Shown: positions 7,322 to 11,534 of the stretch, piece after piece
Layout: the number at the start of each line of letters is the position of its first letter
Position numbering within the stretch: position 1 is the stretch's first letter
Assembly (NCBI GenBank): GCA_043801595.1
Contig: JAZDLW010000025.1
Span: 1 to 11,534 of the forward strand
Direction: 5' to 3'
Origin: Candidatus Aenigmatarchaeota archaeon
Lineage (GTDB): Archaea; Aenigmatarchaeota; Aenigmatarchaeia; JACPZZ01
Length of the DNA: 11,534 nucleotides
The notes under the pieces: model-generated
The model's input: only the letters and a program-made list of their open reading frames with translations
What the model was told of the DNA's origin: nothing
Databases searched by the model: none
Position numbers and translations under genes: made by a program

Positions 7322-7919
7322 AGGAACTCTCGCCCGCCACGAACCCATTATCCCCGAGGTAGCTTTTCTGATACACCAAGCCCCCATTCAGGAGGCATTG
7401 GGGATCGCTAAATCACGCTTTCGCGGCTGGAACCCTTGCTTTTCAGGATCCAGTCAGGCTAGCTTTTGCTTTTACACTCTTCTCTCCATTTCTGACGGAG
7501 ATGAGCTAACCATAGAGCACTCTTGATCTCCTGTCAAGAACGTACCGCCCCAGTCAAACTGCCCATCTAGCGGTGTCATGGATCTTTGTAATCCAATAAG
7601 CAATACAATCAAAAAAGGGCTGTGTTACATTGGCGCCTATACACGATCCGGAAACCGTGTCTTGGCAGCTCCAGCCTACACTATGCAATTCTAATCGTAC
7701 CGCAGCACCAGACTGCAGTAAAGCTCTACGGGGTCTTCTCTTCCCATTGTTGGTCTCAGGTCTATTCACCTGAATGACAATTTCACTGGGTCTCTACCCG
7801 GGACAGCGCGAAAGTAGTTGAGCCTATCATGCGGGTCGACATTTAATCGACAAGGGATTACGCTACCTTAAGCACCTGACTTACATTGCTGTAAGAGTCG
7901 GACCATATCATCGTTCTTT

Positions 7920-8432
7920 TCAAAACGTTTGGCGTATGGTCTCTGAGGATCCCACTTGATCCAATATTTCTTCTAATTTGTGTTTTCTCTGCTTTCCTTC
8001 GAGATTCATTTCGTAAGCCTTTCTTACGAGTTGCTTGAATCTTTCCAAATCGGAATGCTCTTTGTTTTCCAGAGCCCTCACGATTTCTGAAAACTTTCTG
8101 AAGTCGTCGTTCTTTGCTATTGGTTCAAATTTTTCAAAGAACGATAAAACCTTTTCAGCCAATTGCTTGCGGTTATCTACAAGAAAGACCAGAAGATCTT
8201 CTTGGCCGGATTTTTCTATTATTCTTCCACAACCAAGTTCCTTTTTGAATAACTCCAGCACAATTTTATTTTTCTTGTGCTGTGTTACCTGAAAGATCGG
8301 ATCCAAAGTAAATCCGAATCTTGCTGTATCTTCTCTTTTTACCGCAACACTGAAACAGGCTTCTCCATCAGAAAATCCAAGCAGATAGTAACGAAGGAAG
8401 TTTTTGTTTTTCTGAAGTTTACTCAACTCCAT
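7920..8432 (-). CDS. LAGLIDADG homing endonuclease, single-motif (homodimeric I-CreI/I-CeuI type)
   Basis: YYLLGFSDGEACFSV motif, FQVTQ and LGCGRI segments; 170 aa, intact, inside the group I intron. Confidence 0.93.
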   Translation of the reverse strand: MELSKLQKNKNFLRYYLLGFSDGEACFSVAVKREDTARFGFTLDPIFQVTQHKKNKIVLELFKKELGCGRIIEKSGQEDLLVFLVDNRKQLAEKVLSFFEKFEPIAKNDDFRKFSEIVRALENKEHSDLERFKQLVRKAYEMNLEGKQRKHKLEEILDQVGSSETIRQTF

Positions 8433-8438
8433 AAATCA

Positions 8439-8446
8439 ATCACCTC
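8439..8446 (-). promoter_or_regulatory. Shine-Dalgarno site for the intron-encoded endonuclease
   Basis: GAGGUGAU 6 nt upstream of ATG 8432; matches the archaeal SD consensus. Confidence 0.8.
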
Positions 8447-10604
8447 TTTGTGGTTTCCTGCTGATTGTCCCTCATTGTTTTCGGGGTTTGTTACTTTCTC
8501 AGTACCCCTAAACTCTTGGAGTTCCAGCATATAGCCAAATTTAACGACCGCCTTATTCTCTTTGCTAACGGTCAGAGTTACCGCCGCCGTATAGCGGGGC
8601 TTCACCCGGTTGAAACCAGGCTTTACACACCGCCACTGGGCAGGCTTTAAGATCTGTACGAACCATTACTGGCTAGCAGATCCCAGCGTTTTTATTAAAC
8701 AGTCCCTCTCGCCTTGTTACTGAGACCAGCTCATCACTGAGCTGGCACTCCTTATTCCGAAGTTACGGAGCTAGATTGCCGATTTCCCTGGGTAGAGTTC
8801 ACCCAACACGTCTTCGCCTTCTCAGCGTGGACACCTGTAGCGGTTCTTGATACGGACATCTGGAATCCTTACTGCTCTTATTTCATGGACCCCAGGATTC
8901 GGTAGAATACCCTTGCGGGTACCACTCACACATTCATTTGATTCTCCTCATTAAGAGACTCCTCAAACTTAGATGCTTGGCAGTGACGATGGTCACTGTC
9001 CACTTATCCAGAGGCGTAGATGCAGTCACGCCTTGCGGCACGTATCCAGATGGTGCAGGAATATTAACCTGCTTGCCTTTTCGGTTTTACCCAGTTAGGG
9101 CTAACCTTAGGATCGACTAACTCCTGGTTGACGAACGTTGCCAGGAAACTCTTGTCCTTTAGACGGTCAAGATTCACACTCGACTTTGCTGTTACTATCG
9201 GTAGGATTCTTACTTCCCAAAGGTCCACTTCTTCTCACGAAGGAGCTTCTGCCCTAAGGGAACACCCCCTTACCACTTTGGAACAAATTCCAAAATCCAA
9301 GGTATCGGTAGTTAACTTAGTCCCTTCCATTTTGGGCGCCCCAATTCTAGACGGGTCAGCTATTACGCACTGTTTAAAGGGTGGCTGCTTCTGAGCCAAC
9401 CTCCCCGCTGTTTAAGAACTGAGACATCCTTTGCCACTTAGCTAACATTTAGGGACCTTAACCTTGGTCTCCGTTGTTCCGGTCTCGGATACCGAGCTTA
9501 CCCCGGTAACCTCACTCCCGTCTTCTACGACGATTACAGTTTCCGAGTTTGACAGGAAATCTGTCTCTTTCGAAACTTGGATTCCCAATCAGTGCTGTAC
9601 TCTGTAATCAATCTCCGACGAGGCTGAGCTGAGGCTCATTTCAGGGGGAACCAGCTATCCCTGATCTCGATTGGCTTTTCACCCCTAATCCCTGGTCTCG
9701 GGAACGGATTGAATACCAGAACCCCTAACGGCCCTCCACCCCGATTTCTCGGGGCTTCAGCCTACCAAGGACTAGATCGACCAGATTCGGGTTTTATTCC
9801 GGTGACTTCCCGCGCTTTCACACGGCGTTCCTAGCTGCACGAAGCAGTTGCGAACTTGTCGCTTTCGCTTTGACTCCACCGCTTAACGGCTTAGTCTCGC
9901 CACAGAAATAAACTCCCTACCGCGTTTTTCAAAACGTACGACACCACTCCGGCATCCTTCCCCTTACAAAACCCTCACGAGTTCTTCATTCGGAAGGAAG
10001 ATCCTTTCGAGCAGTGTCCGGCTATTGCCATTTGGTTTCAGGTTCTTTTCATTCCCTTTCAAGGGTTCTTTTCAACTTTCCGTCACCGTACTAATATTCT
10101 ATCGGACTTCGTTTGTATTTAGCGTTGGATGTAAATGCCACCCAAATTCCCACAACATATCCAAGTTGCGGTACTCAGGATACTTGGTATCCACCTTCTT
10201 TTCTTCGCCTACGGGGCTATCACCCTGTGTCGCGCTTCTTTCCAGAAGCTTTGGCTCAAAAAGCTGGGCAGAACCCAAGTCCTATAACTCCACATCTCCC
10301 CTACCTCGTCGATAGGGGATTCGGTTTGCGCTGTTGCGCTTTTACTCGCCGTTACTAACGCAATCTCAATTGATTTCTTTTCCTGGGGCTACGAAGATGC
10401 TTCAACTCACCCCGTTCTCTTTCGGAAGCCTGACACACACTTGCGTGTGTGTCTAGCTACCCGAACGTTAGAAGTTTATTCTAACAGGATGTCCCATTAG
10501 GAGATCCCTGGATCAAAGGCTGTATGCGCCTACCCAAGGCTTATCGCAGCTTACCACGTCCTTCTTCGACAACCGAAGCCGAGTCATCCACCAAATGGCG
10601 TCGA

Positions 10605-10639
10605 GTTTGAACTCAATTTTCCTATTTAATTGCCATTCT
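10605..10639 (-). other. 5' arm of the pre-23S processing stem (BHB + helix 1)
   Basis: RNA AGAAUGGCAAUUAAA-UAGG-AAA-AUUGAGUUCAAAC; UAGG pairs with CCUA (6564-6567), flanked by 3-nt bulges AAA and AAU. Confidence 0.85.
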
Positions 10640-11225
10640 TTGAACGAATTTTTTAAATTCGATCAAAAAGACTTTTTTTCATTGAACTACTGAAACGAAA
10701 ATATTTTTTTAGAATATCTGTTGTTCCAGTAATCCACTGCGGCCTGCCTATGATGCATCATTACGATAAAGCCCCCGATGGGACTCAGTATCATTTCGCC
10801 CGGATCTGCAAAGCATCTGCAAATCGTCGTAATTGATTCCTATACAAGCTCCAAAGGTGTTCTTTCTCGTCATCGGGTAGCGAGAAACAGGTTTTACCTG
10901 TTTCAGCTTACTACGCTCTTGAGACAGTTACTTCGCGTCATTGCCTGTGCAAACTAAAACACAGTTCATGTGTTTCGGTCTGCGTTTGGTTTGAAAAGAT
11001 GTTACTCGTTCCAAACCATTCGTATCTGTTATGTTTCCTACTATAATACTATAATATTAGCAGCCAGACAGTATCCGGCAACGAGGTGTCGTATATCCGA
11101 AACCTCTCCAGTCTTTTGCTGGTCGGCACGCTTTTTCATGCCAGTCTTTAAGACTGTAAAAATAGTTCCAATGCAGGTTTATTGTCCTGTCATACTAACC
11201 AGCAGAATTATATTCAACCGACTAG

Positions 11226-11242
11226 TATTTAAGGTTTTTCGG
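11226..11242 (-). promoter_or_regulatory. Candidate BRE + TATA promoter of the 23S transcription unit
   Basis: Minus strand CCGAAAAAC-CTTAAATA, a good archaeal BRE-TATA match facing the 23S; predicted start near 11200. Confidence 0.65.
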
Positions 11243-11450
11243 AATTCTAGTAGTTCAAGAAGTAAGATAAACTTGCATTTTAGCCTTAGTTTTTAGCCGT
11301 CTTCAAGTCAATTTTTCTTGGCTAACGCCAGCAGAACACACCAAAACGGTGACAATACAGCTTGTAAATCAGGTGTTTTCGGTAAAATACGACAAATGCC
11401 TATAGAAGCCTCTAAGCAAAAATCAGGTGCTTTTATCGGGAAGAATATTG

Positions 11451-11534
11451 CTATGTAATATCCTGCTTAAAAATTTTCATGAAAAACTTGAGCCTGACCA
11501 CCATCTTCAGGAACCTTTCAGCCCCTTCTAGCTC
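11451..11534 (-). CDS. Possible C-terminal end of a gene entering from beyond the window (ELEGAERFLKMVVRLKFFMKIFKQDIT*)
   Basis: Longest minus-strand frame open from the window edge, ending at TAG 11451-11453; too short to verify. Confidence 0.3.
   Translation of the reverse strand, partial: ELEGAERFLKMVVRLKFFMKIFKQDIT

Larger units (their letters stand above)
7873..8567 (-). mobile_element. Group I intron (695 nt) at LSU position 1923 with a homing endonuclease gene in the P6 loop
   Basis: Removal restores UAACUCUGACCGU|CUUAAGGUAGCG. The 5' exon ends in U and the intron ends in G. P1 GACCGU/GCGGUC has a U-G pair at the splice site. Also P10 UAAG/CUUA, P3 UUUGGC/GCCAAA, P4 UGCUG/CAGCA, R UCAGAGACCAUA, S GAUAUGGUCC, P8 CGUUUU-GAAA-AGAACG and a GCAA-capped P9. 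Confidence 0.95.
6568..10617 (-). rRNA. rrl: Archaeal 23S rRNA, interrupted by three introns (exons ~10617-8568, 7872-7322, 7185-6910, 6744-6568; ~3.05 kb spliced)
   Basis: Reverse-complement matches to universal LSU motifs: GGUGGAUG...GAAGGACGUG (5' end), GGUUGGCUCAGAAGCAGCC (GTPase centre), GACUGGGGCGG (P loop), GCUGGGUUUAGAACGUCGUGAGACAGUUCGGUC and the sarcin-ricin loop. It has the archaeal G2058. Ends are defined by the 13-bp terminal helix 6568-6580/10605-10617; exact mature ends are uncertain. Confidence 0.97.

Noticed and set aside
6408..10358. Short ORFs within or overlapping the 23S (6408-6635, 6521-6748, 7085-7387, 7311-7526, 7554-7769, 8035-8292, 8277-8534, 8423-8605, 8465-8650, 8938-9120, 9128-9394, 10025-10315, 10113-10358)
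   Set aside because: Chance frames in rRNA, in intron structure or antisense to the endonuclease. The hydrophobic tail of 6408-6635 reflects the U-rich trailer.
10432..10453. (AC)n/(GT)n microsatellite or CRISPR-like repeat
   Set aside because: These are the two arms of a single rRNA hairpin. No regularly spaced repeat array exists in the window.
6568..10617. 23S pseudogene as the explanation for the PTC deviations
   Set aside because: Compensatory base pairs, intact catalytic residues, the intact processing stem and precise intron junctions indicate a maintained gene.
10970..11296. 108-aa plus-strand ORF
   Set aside because: GTG start, no motif, and antisense to the predicted rRNA leader and promoter; probably spurious.
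10620..11450. tRNA, 5S, SRP RNA or RNase P RNA upstream of the 23S
   Set aside because: I found no cloverleaf or T-loop, 5S, SRP helix 8 or RNase P P4 signature by eye.

Overview
Archaeal genomic window, judged from BRE/TATA promoters, a bulge-helix-bulge (BHB) rRNA processing stem and archaeal 23S signatures. A DPANN-like lineage is my inference from the unlinked, divergent, intron-rich rRNA. The left half (1-6400) holds protein genes: a zincin-like hypothetical protein, acetyl-CoA synthetase, a HAD hydrolase, a small membrane protein, an HExxH hypothetical protein, a phytoene/squalene-synthase-family gene with an in-frame membrane-anchor-like tail behind its stop codon, and a small hypothetical protein. 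The right half is a stand-alone 23S rRNA gene on the minus strand (~6568-10617) with a candidate promoter and a ~590-nt structured leader, and with no adjacent 16S, tRNA or 5S. Three introns of two splicing chemistries interrupt it. One is a 695-nt group I intron at E. coli position 1923 carrying a single-motif LAGLIDADG homing endonuclease. The other two are short ORF-less BHB introns: 136 nt after ~U2477 and 165 nt after ~U2754. The peptidyl-transferase centre has an unusual cluster of substitutions (C2452U, A2453G, C2499G, A2503C, G2576U), and the sarcin-ricin loop has G2661A. E. coli numbering throughout comes from by-eye alignment to the sequence as I recall it.
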